Origin: a virus
Virus genome (UHGV): UHGV-0209292
Length of the DNA stretch: 31,707 nt
Strand: one strand, 5' to 3'
Part shown: in pieces, positions 1-8,100 of the stretch
Position numbering within the stretch: position 1 is the stretch's first letter
How the letters are laid out: every line of letters starts with the position of its first letter
Translations under genes and position numbers: made by a program
The notes under the pieces: model-generated
Seen by the model: the letters and a program-made list of their open reading frames with translations, nothing else
The model's database searches: none
Told to the model about the DNA's origin: nothing

Positions 1-1770
1 ATGACCATTTCAACTGACCTTTCATTACTCAATGACCCACGACGACAGGCGCGGCTGTTGTACTGGCAGGGGTTCGCCGTGCCGCAAATCTGCGACATGC
101 TGCAACTCAAGCGCCCCACGGTGCAGAGCTGGAAACAGCGTGATGGATGGGAGGAAACCGCGCCGATTAACCGCGTTGAGTCGACGTTAGAGGCGCGTCT
201 CATCCAGCTTTACGCCAAGCCCGACCTGACGCCGCACGACTTTAAGGTCGCTGATTTTCTGTCGCGACAGATGGAGCGCCTCGCGCGCGTGAACCGCTAC
301 GGCCAGACCGGAAACGAGGTGGATTTAAACCCCAACATTGCCAGCCGCAACAAAGGGGATCGCAAAAAGCCGAAACGCAATTTCTTCAGTGAAGAAGCGA
401 TTGAAAAGCTGGAAGAGATTTTCTTTGACCAATCGTTTGAGTATCAGCTCAGGTGGCATAAAGCCGGGTTAGAGCACCGCATCCGCCACATCCTCAAATC
501 GCGCCAGATTGGCGCAACGTTCTACTTCGCGCGTGAGGCGCTTCTGCGCGCGCTTAAGACCGGGCAAAACCAGATTTTTTTATCCGCCAGTAAAACGCAG
601 GCTTACGTTTTCCGTAAGTACATCATCGCCTTTGCGCGTCTGGTCGACGTCGACCTGTCAGGCGACCCGATTGTCATCGGCAACAACGGCGCAGAGCTGA
701 TATTCCTCGGGACCAACTCCAACACCGCGCAGAGTCACAACGGCGACCTGTACGTCGATGAAATTTTCTGGATACCCAATTTCCAGAAGCTGCGAAAAGT
801 GGCCTCCGGTATGGCGTCGCAGTCGCACCTGCGCACAACCTATTTTTCGACGCCATCCACGCTGGCGCACGGCGCATACCCGTTCTGGTCAGGCGAGCTG
901 TTTAACCGTGGCCGCAGTAACCGCGACGAACGTGTCGACATCGATATCAGTCATCAGGCGCTTGCCGGGGGCATGTTATGCGGGGACGGCCAGTGGCGGC
1001 AGATTGTCACCATTGAGGACGCGCTCGCCGGGGGCTGTACCCTGTTTAACCTCGACCAGCTCAGACAGGAAAACAGCGCGGATGACTTCCGTAACCTGTT
1101 TATGTGCGAGTTCGTTGACGATAAAGCGTCGGTATTCCCGTTCGAAGAGCTCCAGCGTTGCATGGTCGATACGATGGAAGAATGGGAGGACTTCGAGCCA
1201 TTCGCTGACCGTCCGTTTAACTGGCGTCCGGTCTGGATTGGCTACGACCCGTCACACACCGGCGACAGCGCAGGCTGTGCGGTGCTGGCTCCGCCACTGG
1301 TTGCCGGTGGCAAGTTCCGCATCCTTGAGCGTCATCAGTGGAAAGGCATGGATTTTGCCGCGCAGGCCGAGGCCATCCGTGCGCTGACCGAGAAATACAC
1401 CGTCGACTATATCGGCATCGATGCGACCGGCATCGGCCAGGGTGTTTACCAGCTCGTGCGTTCATTCTTCCCGGCAGCGCGCGCTATCCGCTACACACCG
1501 GAAATGAAAACCGCAATGGTGCTGAAAGCGAAAGACACCATCCGACGCGGGTGTCTGGAGTATGACGCCGGTGCGACCGACATCACGCAGTCATTCATGG
1601 CTATCCGCAAAACCATGACCAGCAGCGGTCGCAGTGCCACCTATGAAGCCAGCCGCAGTGAGGAAGCCAGCCACGCGGATATCGCATGGGCGACCATGCA
1701 CGCCCTGTTAAACGAGCCACTTTCCGCCGGTAGCGGTATGCATTCAACCTCGATTCTGGATATCAATTAA
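1..1770 (+). CDS. P: Terminase large (ATPase) subunit, P2 gpP-like
   Basis: 589-aa ORF, first gene of the P-Q operon that ends at cos. Size and order match P2/186 gpP (about 590 aa). The stop (1768-1770) is followed one base later by the Q start. The window end supplies GAGG 7 nt upstream of this ATG. Confidence 0.85.
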   Translation: MTISTDLSLLNDPRRQARLLYWQGFAVPQICDMLQLKRPTVQSWKQRDGWEETAPINRVESTLEARLIQLYAKPDLTPHDFKVADFLSRQMERLARVNRYGQTGNEVDLNPNIASRNKGDRKKPKRNFFSEEAIEKLEEIFFDQSFEYQLRWHKAGLEHRIRHILKSRQIGATFYFAREALLRALKTGQNQIFLSASKTQAYVFRKYIIAFARLVDVDLSGDPIVIGNNGAELIFLGTNSNTAQSHNGDLYVDEIFWIPNFQKLRKVASGMASQSHLRTTYFSTPSTLAHGAYPFWSGELFNRGRSNRDERVDIDISHQALAGGMLCGDGQWRQIVTIEDALAGGCTLFNLDQLRQENSADDFRNLFMCEFVDDKASVFPFEELQRCMVDTMEEWEDFEPFADRPFNWRPVWIGYDPSHTGDSAGCAVLAPPLVAGGKFRILERHQWKGMDFAAQAEAIRALTEKYTVDYIGIDATGIGQGVYQLVRSFFPAARAIRYTPEMKTAMVLKAKDTIRRGCLEYDAGATDITQSFMAIRKTMTSSGRSATYEASRSEEASHADIAWATMHALLNEPLSAGSGMHSTSILDIN

Positions 1771-1771
1771 G

Positions 1772-2797
1772 ATGATAAAACGCCAAAAGAAACAGCCAAA
1801 ACAGACCAACATGACCGCCAGCGCACCGCAGAAAATGGAGGCGTTCACCTTTGGCGAGCCGTCACCCGTTCTGGATCGCCGCGATATCCTCGACTATGTC
1901 GAGTGCATCAATAACGGCAAATGGTACGAGCCGCCGGTCAACTTCTCCGGGCTGGCGAAAAGCCTGCGCGCCGCCGTGCATCACAGCTCCCCGATTTACG
2001 TGAAGCGTAACATCCTGACGAGCACCTACATCCCGCATCCGTTGCTTTCACGGCAGGATTTCAGCCGCCTTGTGCTCGATTATCTGGTTTTTGCTAACGG
2101 CTATCTTGAGAAGCGCATGAGCGTGACCGGCCAGCTCATGAAGCTTGAAACCTCTCCGGCCAAATACACCCGCCGGGGTGTCGAGGATGGGGTTTACTGG
2201 TACGTGTCGGACTTCACGCACCCGCACCAGTTCGCCCCCGGCTCAGTCTGTCATCTGCTTGAGCCCGACATCAATCAGGAGCTCTACGGGATGCCGGAAT
2301 ACCTTAGCGCGCTTAATTCAGCCTGGCTGAATGAATCCGCCACGCTGTTTCGTCGCAAGTATTACCAGAACGGCGCGCACGCGGGTTACATCATGTACGT
2401 CACCGACGCGGCGCAGAGCAGCACAGACGTCGAGGCGCTGCGCTCCGCGATGCGAGACTCGAAAGGGCTCGGGAATTTCAAAAACCTGTTTTTCTATGCC
2501 CCGAACGGGAAACCGGACGGCATCAAGATAGTGCCGCTGAGTGAAGTCGCCACAAAGGACGATTTTTTCAACATCAAAAAGGTGAGCGCCGCCGACCTGC
2601 TCGATGCGCACCGCGTACCGTTCCAGCTTATGGGCGGCAAGCCCGAGAATATCGGCTCAATGGGGGATATCGAGAAGGTGGCGCGAGTGTTTGTGCGTAA
2701 CGAACTGACGCCGTTGCAGGAGCGTTTCAAGGAAATCAATGAATGGCTCGGTTTAGAGGTGATCCGCTTTAAGGATTACAACATCGAAACTGAGTAA
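1772..2797 (+). CDS. Q: Portal (capsid vertex) protein, P2 gpQ-like
   Basis: 341-aa ORF immediately after P and immediately before the cos site, the same arrangement as P2 gpQ (about 344 aa). Confidence 0.85.
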   Translation: MIKRQKKQPKQTNMTASAPQKMEAFTFGEPSPVLDRRDILDYVECINNGKWYEPPVNFSGLAKSLRAAVHHSSPIYVKRNILTSTYIPHPLLSRQDFSRLVLDYLVFANGYLEKRMSVTGQLMKLETSPAKYTRRGVEDGVYWYVSDFTHPHQFAPGSVCHLLEPDINQELYGMPEYLSALNSAWLNESATLFRRKYYQNGAHAGYIMYVTDAAQSSTDVEALRSAMRDSKGLGNFKNLFFYAPNGKPDGIKIVPLSEVATKDDFFNIKKVSAADLLDAHRVPFQLMGGKPENIGSMGDIEKVARVFVRNELTPLQERFKEINEWLGLEVIRFKDYNIETE

Positions 2798-2810
2798 CCC
2801 CCGCCTAAAT

Positions 2811-2826
2811 GCCGCCTCCGGGCGGC
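2811..2826 (+). terminator. GC-rich hairpin GCCGCC-TCCG-GGCGGC just after the Q stop; no U-tract
   Basis: Perfect 6-bp stem with a 4-nt loop 14 nt after the Q stop. No following T-run, so at best a weak or factor-dependent terminator, or an RNA-stability element. Confidence 0.3.
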
Positions 2827-2963
2827 ATCCTCTCAGAGCGAGCCAGACGCCGCACACGCGGCGCAACCACGCCAGCACCTCGTTAACCGACCGCACATAA
2901 CAGCGCGCCACCACGACGCGCACAGACGCGTAAAATAAATCCTGTCACCACATCTGGCGCGCA

Positions 2964-2982
2964 GTGCTATCCCCGCCTCGCC
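2964..2982. other. cos: cos cohesive-end site (P2/186 type)
   Basis: The + strand reads GTGCTATCCCCGCCTCGCC, whose reverse complement is GGCGAGGCGGGGATAGCAC. That is an 18/19 match to the P2 19-nt cohesive end GGCGAGGCGGGGAAAGCAC as I remember it. It lies directly downstream of Q, as in P2. Confidence 0.7.
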
Positions 2983-3114
2983 TGCCCGCTTGATGGGTCG
3001 GTTTTAATGCAATTGCACCAAGATGATGAATTGGTATCAGCCCTGGCTTTAGATACAGTCTACATACCTTTCAGACACATGCATATTCATGCACCCAGTA
3101 GATGCACGTCTAAA

Positions 3115-3930
3115 TTATTTGTTAAGACCTCGTAATTTCCCCATAAGTCCCTTCGACTTCTGCTCTTTATCCTCTTCTGATTTAAAAACAGAGTAGGTAT
3201 CAAAATCGAAAAAGGAAATGTTCTCAATCTCTGCCTTTGGTATTAGAACCCTAAAATCAGATAGTTCAAGATCAGATTTCCCGTTCAAAATCCCTGATTT
3301 TTCATAGTGTTCATTGTATTTTGTTGTGATGGTTATGGTCAGTTTATCCTTGTCACGATAACCACTCAGAAGGGGAAGCAGCTCAAGGTAGTCAAATGTC
3401 CCATGCTCAAAAGCCGGGCAAAAAACGAAACCGACATAAAATTTGCGTGATTTCAAAGTGGCAATAATTGGCATTTGAGTCGCGGATGCTTCCATAAGCA
3501 TATTCTCAAGCGCGTTATCTCCTACTGCTTTCACTAACGCATCAATCCTTCGATTAGCGTTTTTTAGCCAAAGCTTTTTTAATCCTCCAACAGTGTATGC
3601 CATCGCTAATGACATCAAACCACATAAGGCGAATTTTAGATCTCTGAAACGAGTGGCATCTTCTGCACTAAGTGGGAAAACTCGGCTGATGACATTACTG
3701 TCTGCACCAAAGAATTCGATTGCTCCGTTGACACCCCACCTTAAAAACCCAGTAATGCTTAGGAAAGAGCAAATCGCCCAGGATAAGGTGACGAAAAAGG
3801 TTCCCCATGCCGCAACTAAAAAATAAGCGTCCCAGCCCGTGGAACGCTTAAATTGATATCGGTCTGATAGAGACCTGATCACGTAGACATAACCACTGAT
3901 CAGGATAACCACTAAAAGCAAAGTATTCAT
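3115..3930 (-). CDS. Hypothetical membrane protein, 271 aa (accessory cargo): 2-3 N-terminal TM helices plus a soluble domain of about 150 aa
   Basis: Long ORF in strongly AT-rich DNA (about 37% GC by eye, against a 55-60% backbone). Hydrophobic stretches LLLVVILISGYVYVI, YFLVAAWGTFFVTLSWAICSFLSITGFL and LKFALCGLMSLAMAYTVGGL. Its start ATG overlaps the stop of the upstream 72-aa ORF (ATGA at 3927-3930). Confidence 0.7.
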   Translation of the reverse strand: MNTLLLVVILISGYVYVIRSLSDRYQFKRSTGWDAYFLVAAWGTFFVTLSWAICSFLSITGFLRWGVNGAIEFFGADSNVISRVFPLSAEDATRFRDLKFALCGLMSLAMAYTVGGLKKLWLKNANRRIDALVKAVGDNALENMLMEASATQMPIIATLKSRKFYVGFVFCPAFEHGTFDYLELLPLLSGYRDKDKLTITITTKYNEHYEKSGILNGKSDLELSDFRVLIPKAEIENISFFDFDTYSVFKSEEDKEQKSKGLMGKLRGLNK

Positions 3931-4145
3931 TTAGCTGAGGTCTTGGTTACCAGAAGTGCAATACTTTCAAGCTTATCCAGTTGCTTGACAATCTCTGCCT
4001 GTACATCTTCATTATCAAGGTTCATATTGATAAACCCATCATTGTTGATGTTAAAGCGATTTTTGTTTTTCTTCAGCACCCTGGACAGCCGATCCTGTGG
4101 ACTGCGTGCCGCCAGACTCTGCTTAAGCGCTAATGAAATGGACAT
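3927..4145 (-). CDS. Hypothetical 72-aa protein, first gene of the two-gene AT-rich cassette
   Basis: Very strong RBS GGAAGGAGGAAATT immediately 5' of the ATG on the - strand. A 4-nt ATGA overlap with the downstream 271-aa gene implies translational coupling. Charged and hydrophilic, no TM segment. Confidence 0.6.
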   Translation of the reverse strand: MSISLALKQSLAARSPQDRLSRVLKKNKNRFNINNDGFINMNLDNEDVQAEIVKQLDKLESIALLVTKTSAK

Positions 4146-4412
4146 AATTTCCTCCTTCCATCAAGATGGCGCAGAAGTATACGCATGTGTAGATGTTCCT
4201 TCAACTTATACTTCTATGACACATTTATCGGCAGTTTGTTGCCTTTTTTTAATTTAAATTAAGCTGAGTCGGCGATTTTGTGCAAGTCCCAAAGCTGAGA
4301 TCTGCTCGCTCTGTAACGCTCTCATGCACGCCTCAACCAAAGGAATACTCCTTAGATAAGAGTATCGAAACCAAGCCATTTTAGAAGGTTAATGTTACCA
4401 AAACGAGATATT

Positions 4413-4443
4413 GCCGAACCGAAAAACCAGTTTTCGGTTCGGC
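4413..4443 (-). terminator. Perfect 13-bp hairpin (GCCGAACCGAAAA / TTTTCGGTTCGGC) 10 nt downstream of the tum stop
   Basis: Inverted repeat seen directly. On the - strand it is followed by AATATCTCGTTTTGG, a weak U-tract. It could also insulate the downstream cassette. Confidence 0.45.
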
Positions 4444-4455
4444 AAAGCTCACTAA

Positions 4456-4896
4456 CTAATGCCAGCTCTCGTCTTCCCACACTTCCTTGATGATTCCGTC
4501 CAAACGTTCACGGTCTGATTCGCTCGGGAAGCCTTTTATCTCAACGCCAGTCATTGAGCCTTTTTTGACCGTAATTCGTGAGGAAGGAAATGTGCGTTTA
4601 ACTCTGCGATTAAGCTCACTTTCGAAGGCCTCAACCAGCTGTTGTCCCATGTTTTGTGCTTTATCCAACGTGATGTGTATTCTCACTTCATTTTCTCTTT
4701 TTAATCGTTGTTTACATGGTCTGGCGGAGACAACCACAGAATAAGAATCACGTTTCAGCAAGTTTTCATGCGCTAGCTCAGCTATTAAATTCAATGCAAT
4801 TTCACGATCCCTTTCCTGACATACACCCTCAGTTGTCAGACGGGCTATCAGCTCGACTCTTTCAAGCATGACATGCTCGCTCAGTTCTCTATCCAC
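4456..4896 (-). CDS. tum: Tum-like SOS-inducible antirepressor; C-terminal half is a DinI-fold domain
   Basis: 146 aa, the length I recall for 186 Tum. Residues about 70-146 (VRIHITLDKAQNMGQQLVEAFESELNRRVKRTFP...ERLDGIIKEVWEDESWH) align convincingly with E. coli DinI (MRIEVTIAK...LAGELSRRIQYAFPD...QRISEILQETWESADDWF). GTG start with a strong SD (AAGGGGAGG, 5-nt spacer). A LexA box lies in its promoter. The gene sits between A and the cos-proximal cargo, as tum does in 186. Confidence 0.75.
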   Translation of the reverse strand: MDRELSEHVMLERVELIARLTTEGVCQERDREIALNLIAELAHENLLKRDSYSVVVSARPCKQRLKRENEVRIHITLDKAQNMGQQLVEAFESELNRRVKRTFPSSRITVKKGSMTGVEIKGFPSESDRERLDGIIKEVWEDESWH

Positions 4897-4915
4897 ACAA
4901 CCTCCCCTTACGAGA

Positions 4916-4959
4916 TACTGTATAAATAAACAGTATAATGAAGTGATAAAAAATGTGAA
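4916..4959 (-). promoter_or_regulatory. LexA (SOS) operator TACTGTATAAATAAACAGTA overlapping a sigma70-like promoter for tum (-35 TTCACA, 16 nt, -10 TATACT)
   Basis: A perfect CTGT-N8-ACAG palindrome with the flanking TA at 4916-4935. On the - strand TTCACA (complement of 4954-4959) and TATACT (complement of 4932-4937) are spaced 16 nt apart. The box covers the -10 and the start region. Confidence 0.75.
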
Positions 4960-5018
4960 GAAAAAAATCTGATAGTCTAAATCCGTATGTACATGAAATG
5001 GATGTGATTTAGTTACGG

Positions 5019-7289
5019 TTACAACTTACTTCCAGCCGCTAACCTTGCCACGCGGCTAAGAATTTTTTTGGCTCGCTCCTGATTAGATGGCGCAGCCCTA
5101 AAAACTTCACCACTAGATGACCCTCTGCACCATTTACCACCAAATCGACTTTTTCCTCCCGCCATAAGATGCAGAGCCTCGCCCCGACTGATAGTTATGC
5201 CGGTGCTAATCTGGATTTCTTCTATTGTCCTGGCAACCGCGCCCCCCTGCTCGTCAGTTCCATGGACAAATCCACGTCTGGCGACCGGTTTTTTCACCCT
5301 GAGTCGGTTTGTTAATGACCGCTTTTCACTTCGGCTTAACGGTTTTGATAAATCCGGTTCAGGGGGATCGCTTTCGCTCCCCGTACAGTTATTGACAGAA
5401 CTCCGAGAGGGCGCAGGAGCGCCCTTAACGTCAACGGCCAAATCAACGGCACGCTTCGGCACAATTTTCCACTGCGTTAGCCGGGTTAAAATCGGGGTAC
5501 CAGCACCGACAGCGGAATCGTAAACGCCACGGATGCAGACGGTTTTCTCGCCATACTGATTAAAGTCGGCGCGCGGTTCATACAGCGTGCGCACCTGCAA
5601 ATCATCGCGACGGACAAACGGTCCACCCTGCATATTAACGTAACCAGCCCAGTCACCGGCGTCAGCGGCATCATGAACGGCGGCAAATTCAACGCTCAGA
5701 CCGTGCGCGGTCTCGGTATCGGCGAGACGACGCAATTCACGGTAGACCGTCACCGGCGCACCGCCGATAAACTGAAACTGACGGATGTGCCAGCGCGCCG
5801 CCCATGCTGATACAGCGGGGGCTGTCTCTTTCAGCAGCTCACCGCTTTCGTCATCGGTTTCACCATCAAGAGCATAGCCGTCGATATTTTTTGAAATGTA
5901 TTTAGCAACATAGCCGGTAGCGCTGCCTTTTTCCGGGTCAATGGCCTCGGCATGGAAGCGCGCTTTTTTGGCTTTATCGCTTCTCAGTTCGTTGCGGTCT
6001 TCCTCCCACGCATAATCACGAATGATGAGGCGCACGCGCTCGACGTCTTCCGGCAACATGAACATAAGCATGTGCCAGTGCGGCGTCCCGTCGTGATGAG
6101 GCTCGGCAACACGTATGCCAAAAATGCGGATTTCTTCCCGGTGCAGCTTGGCGCGAATGCGCGCCCAAAGGCCGGTGAGATAGCTCTGCGTGTCCGACGG
6201 GCTGGCACCGTTCCATTTGCTGTTACGGTATCCCGCTTTAGTCGTGGCGTGATATTTAGACGGTGCAGTCAGGGTGTAAAACTCCCCGACGTATCCGAGC
6301 TCATTGCAGATATTTTCAAACCCACGGATGCGGGTCATCAGCTCGCAGCGACGTATCGCTGGGTTGGCGACCGAGCCATCATATTTGTCAATCAGGCTGA
6401 TGCGGTTGCCGTCTTCGTCTTCGAGATCCAGCCCCTTGAGAAATTCGCGCGTGCGGCGCTTCTGCTCGCGCCAGTCAGTCACGCAGTTTTTACTCGCGTA
6501 GGCGTGTCGTTTCTTGCTGACGTTGCCGACTGCAATTTGCAGGTGTTCGCGCCATGCTGCCGCAGTGCGTCGCAAGCGACCACGCCACCAAACCTCATTA
6601 AACATGCGTGTTATAGCAGGGGCGATTTCATCCTCACTGGCATATTTCTTTGTCACCCGCTCCCAATGCGGCGGGGTAACGTTGAATTGCAGGGAAATGA
6701 AACCGGCTCGCATGTACCAGGTGTACAGCGTTTTGAGCTCGCTAAATCCGGTGTCATCAATGTCGGCCAGTTCAGCACGAATAAAATTTGCTATATCAGC
6801 GGCCAAAAGGTCGATATCGGCGCGCGACATATCAGGGAGACTGTTATATCTGGCAACCATATTGACCATGCGTGACGCCAAATACTGCATAAGCTCGGTA
6901 TCAAAATGACCGCCAAAAACAGCAGCTGATACGTTGCTTTTGATACCTGCACACTCGTATTTTTTTGCGACCAGCTCAAGACGTGGCAATGCCTTTTTGC
7001 AGAAGCTGATTAAAAAGGCATTGGCTCGTTGACTGCCCTGATTTTGCTCCAGCACCGCAGCGGTGCGATAAACGTCAAAGCGCACGCACTCGGGCTGGAG
7101 AGAAAGCACTTTTCTCGCATGCAGCAAAGCCGCGAACATACGATCGCGGCGTTGTTGTTGGTCATAAGTCAGGTATGGGCTTGCTATTGCCTGTTTTGGA
7201 AAATTCCATACAAAGGCATAATCAATCTCACCCGTAGCCTTTGCTGAGACAGGAGTGTCTATGACTTTATTCACTGAAGAAGATCCCAC
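5019..7289 (-). CDS. A: Replication initiator protein A (rolling-circle HUH endonuclease, P2 gpA-like)
   Basis: 756 aa (P2 A about 761). HUH motif EPHHDGTPHWHMLMF and the catalytic Tyr pair in GYVAKYISKNIDGYALDG, as in P2 A and phiX174 A. Apparent GTG start at 7289. Confidence 0.9.
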   Translation of the reverse strand: MGSSSVNKVIDTPVSAKATGEIDYAFVWNFPKQAIASPYLTYDQQQRRDRMFAALLHARKVLSLQPECVRFDVYRTAAVLEQNQGSQRANAFLISFCKKALPRLELVAKKYECAGIKSNVSAAVFGGHFDTELMQYLASRMVNMVARYNSLPDMSRADIDLLAADIANFIRAELADIDDTGFSELKTLYTWYMRAGFISLQFNVTPPHWERVTKKYASEDEIAPAITRMFNEVWWRGRLRRTAAAWREHLQIAVGNVSKKRHAYASKNCVTDWREQKRRTREFLKGLDLEDEDGNRISLIDKYDGSVANPAIRRCELMTRIRGFENICNELGYVGEFYTLTAPSKYHATTKAGYRNSKWNGASPSDTQSYLTGLWARIRAKLHREEIRIFGIRVAEPHHDGTPHWHMLMFMLPEDVERVRLIIRDYAWEEDRNELRSDKAKKARFHAEAIDPEKGSATGYVAKYISKNIDGYALDGETDDESGELLKETAPAVSAWAARWHIRQFQFIGGAPVTVYRELRRLADTETAHGLSVEFAAVHDAADAGDWAGYVNMQGGPFVRRDDLQVRTLYEPRADFNQYGEKTVCIRGVYDSAVGAGTPILTRLTQWKIVPKRAVDLAVDVKGAPAPSRSSVNNCTGSESDPPEPDLSKPLSRSEKRSLTNRLRVKKPVARRGFVHGTDEQGGAVARTIEEIQISTGITISRGEALHLMAGGKSRFGGKWCRGSSSGEVFRAAPSNQERAKKILSRVARLAAGSKL

Positions 7290-7854
7290 CCAAAGCCGCT
7301 ATGTTGATTTGATTACAGAGGTGACGGCTTTCGAAGCTACGAAAGAACCAATGAAGATCATTTCCGCATCCGACATGCTCGGCATTTGCGATGCTTTTCT
7401 TGCTGACACTCAATGCCACATAGCAGACCGGCTACCTCTTTCAATAGCTGGTCGGCGTGAGCTAGGTCGGAAAATTGAGTGGAATTGTCCACATAGCTGG
7501 AAACCACGCGAAGAATGGTCAACACATGTTCGGCACGCCTTACAAATTTTAAATCGACGTTATTTGGATACCCCAGTATCTCCACAGGATGACTGGCAGA
7601 CCTGGGAAGAACTATCGACAGATATTCATGTGTCGGCTCGCTGTGTTCGGCAGACTGTTGAGTTTTATCGCTCTGGAAATCCCCAGCATTTACCGATGTC
7701 GACTGAGCTTTTTGCTGTTCCCGAAGTTTTTTCAAAATTTGTAGCTTCGATTCTTTCGGGTGACATTCATCCTGTTTGGATGTGGCATGCTGACGCAGCC
7801 AAAACGCCGAAATGCTTTGATGGGCTTTATCCCAAATACACGCCGCTTTCTTAA
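7261..7854 (+). CDS. Alternative hypothetical 197-aa protein on the opposite strand of the same low-GC insert (candidate 2 of 2)
   Basis: Strong SD (AGGAG, 5-nt spacer) before the ATG at 7261. Globular-looking composition (W/C/H-containing, mixed hydrophobic and charged). It would overlap the first 29 nt of A and converge on the early operon. Only one of the two ORFs is likely to be real. Confidence 0.3.
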   Translation: MTLFTEEDPTQSRYVDLITEVTAFEATKEPMKIISASDMLGICDAFLADTQCHIADRLPLSIAGRRELGRKIEWNCPHSWKPREEWSTHVRHALQILNRRYLDTPVSPQDDWQTWEELSTDIHVSARCVRQTVEFYRSGNPQHLPMSTELFAVPEVFSKFVASILSGDIHPVWMWHADAAKTPKCFDGLYPKYTPLS

Positions 7855-7879
7855 GCTGGCTTAGTGGCCGGGTAGTCAT
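7358..7879 (-). CDS. Hypothetical 173-aa protein in the low-GC insert between the TraR-like gene and A (candidate 1 of 2 mutually exclusive ORFs)
   Basis: Co-oriented with the early operon. Its ATG overlaps the stop of the TraR-like gene (ATGA at 7876-7879) and is preceded by GGGGGG. The sequence is Q/S/K-rich with three rare Arg codons (CGA, CGG, CGG) at the 3' end, so it could be the antisense shadow of the + strand ORF. Confidence 0.4.
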   Translation of the reverse strand: MTTRPLSQLKKAACIWDKAHQSISAFWLRQHATSKQDECHPKESKLQILKKLREQQKAQSTSVNAGDFQSDKTQQSAEHSEPTHEYLSIVLPRSASHPVEILGYPNNVDLKFVRRAEHVLTILRVVSSYVDNSTQFSDLAHADQLLKEVAGLLCGIECQQEKHRKCRACRMRK

Positions 7880-8100
7880 ATCGCCCCCCGATAGTGTTTT
7901 AATTTAAGTTCGACAATTTGCTGGCAGGTTACGCAAGAGGCCACACCCGGAATCGCAATGCGGCGAGCTTCCGGGATTGGTGCGTCACATTCTTCGCAGA
8001 GAAAACGGGAAGGTGCAGCGATACGGCTACGCGCGTTGCTGATGTGGCGCTCGCGGTCTTCCTGCTCGCGCAGTTGTGCTAAATCCATTGCGTCGGCCAT
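7876..8100 (-). CDS. TraR/DksA-family C4 zinc-finger protein (P2 orf82-like)
   Basis: 74 aa with CEEC-x17-CVTC (two Cys pairs 17 residues apart), the typical phage TraR-like layout. It sits within the early operon upstream of A, as in P2 and 186. Confidence 0.75.
   Translation of the reverse strand: MADAMDLAQLREQEDRERHISNARSRIAAPSRFLCEECDAPIPEARRIAIPGVASCVTCQQIVELKLKHYRGAI

Noticed and set aside
5952-6875. 307-aa + strand ORF, and several others antisense to gene A
   Set aside because: They lie fully within the well-supported A gene on the opposite strand. They are typical high-GC antisense open frames with no start context.
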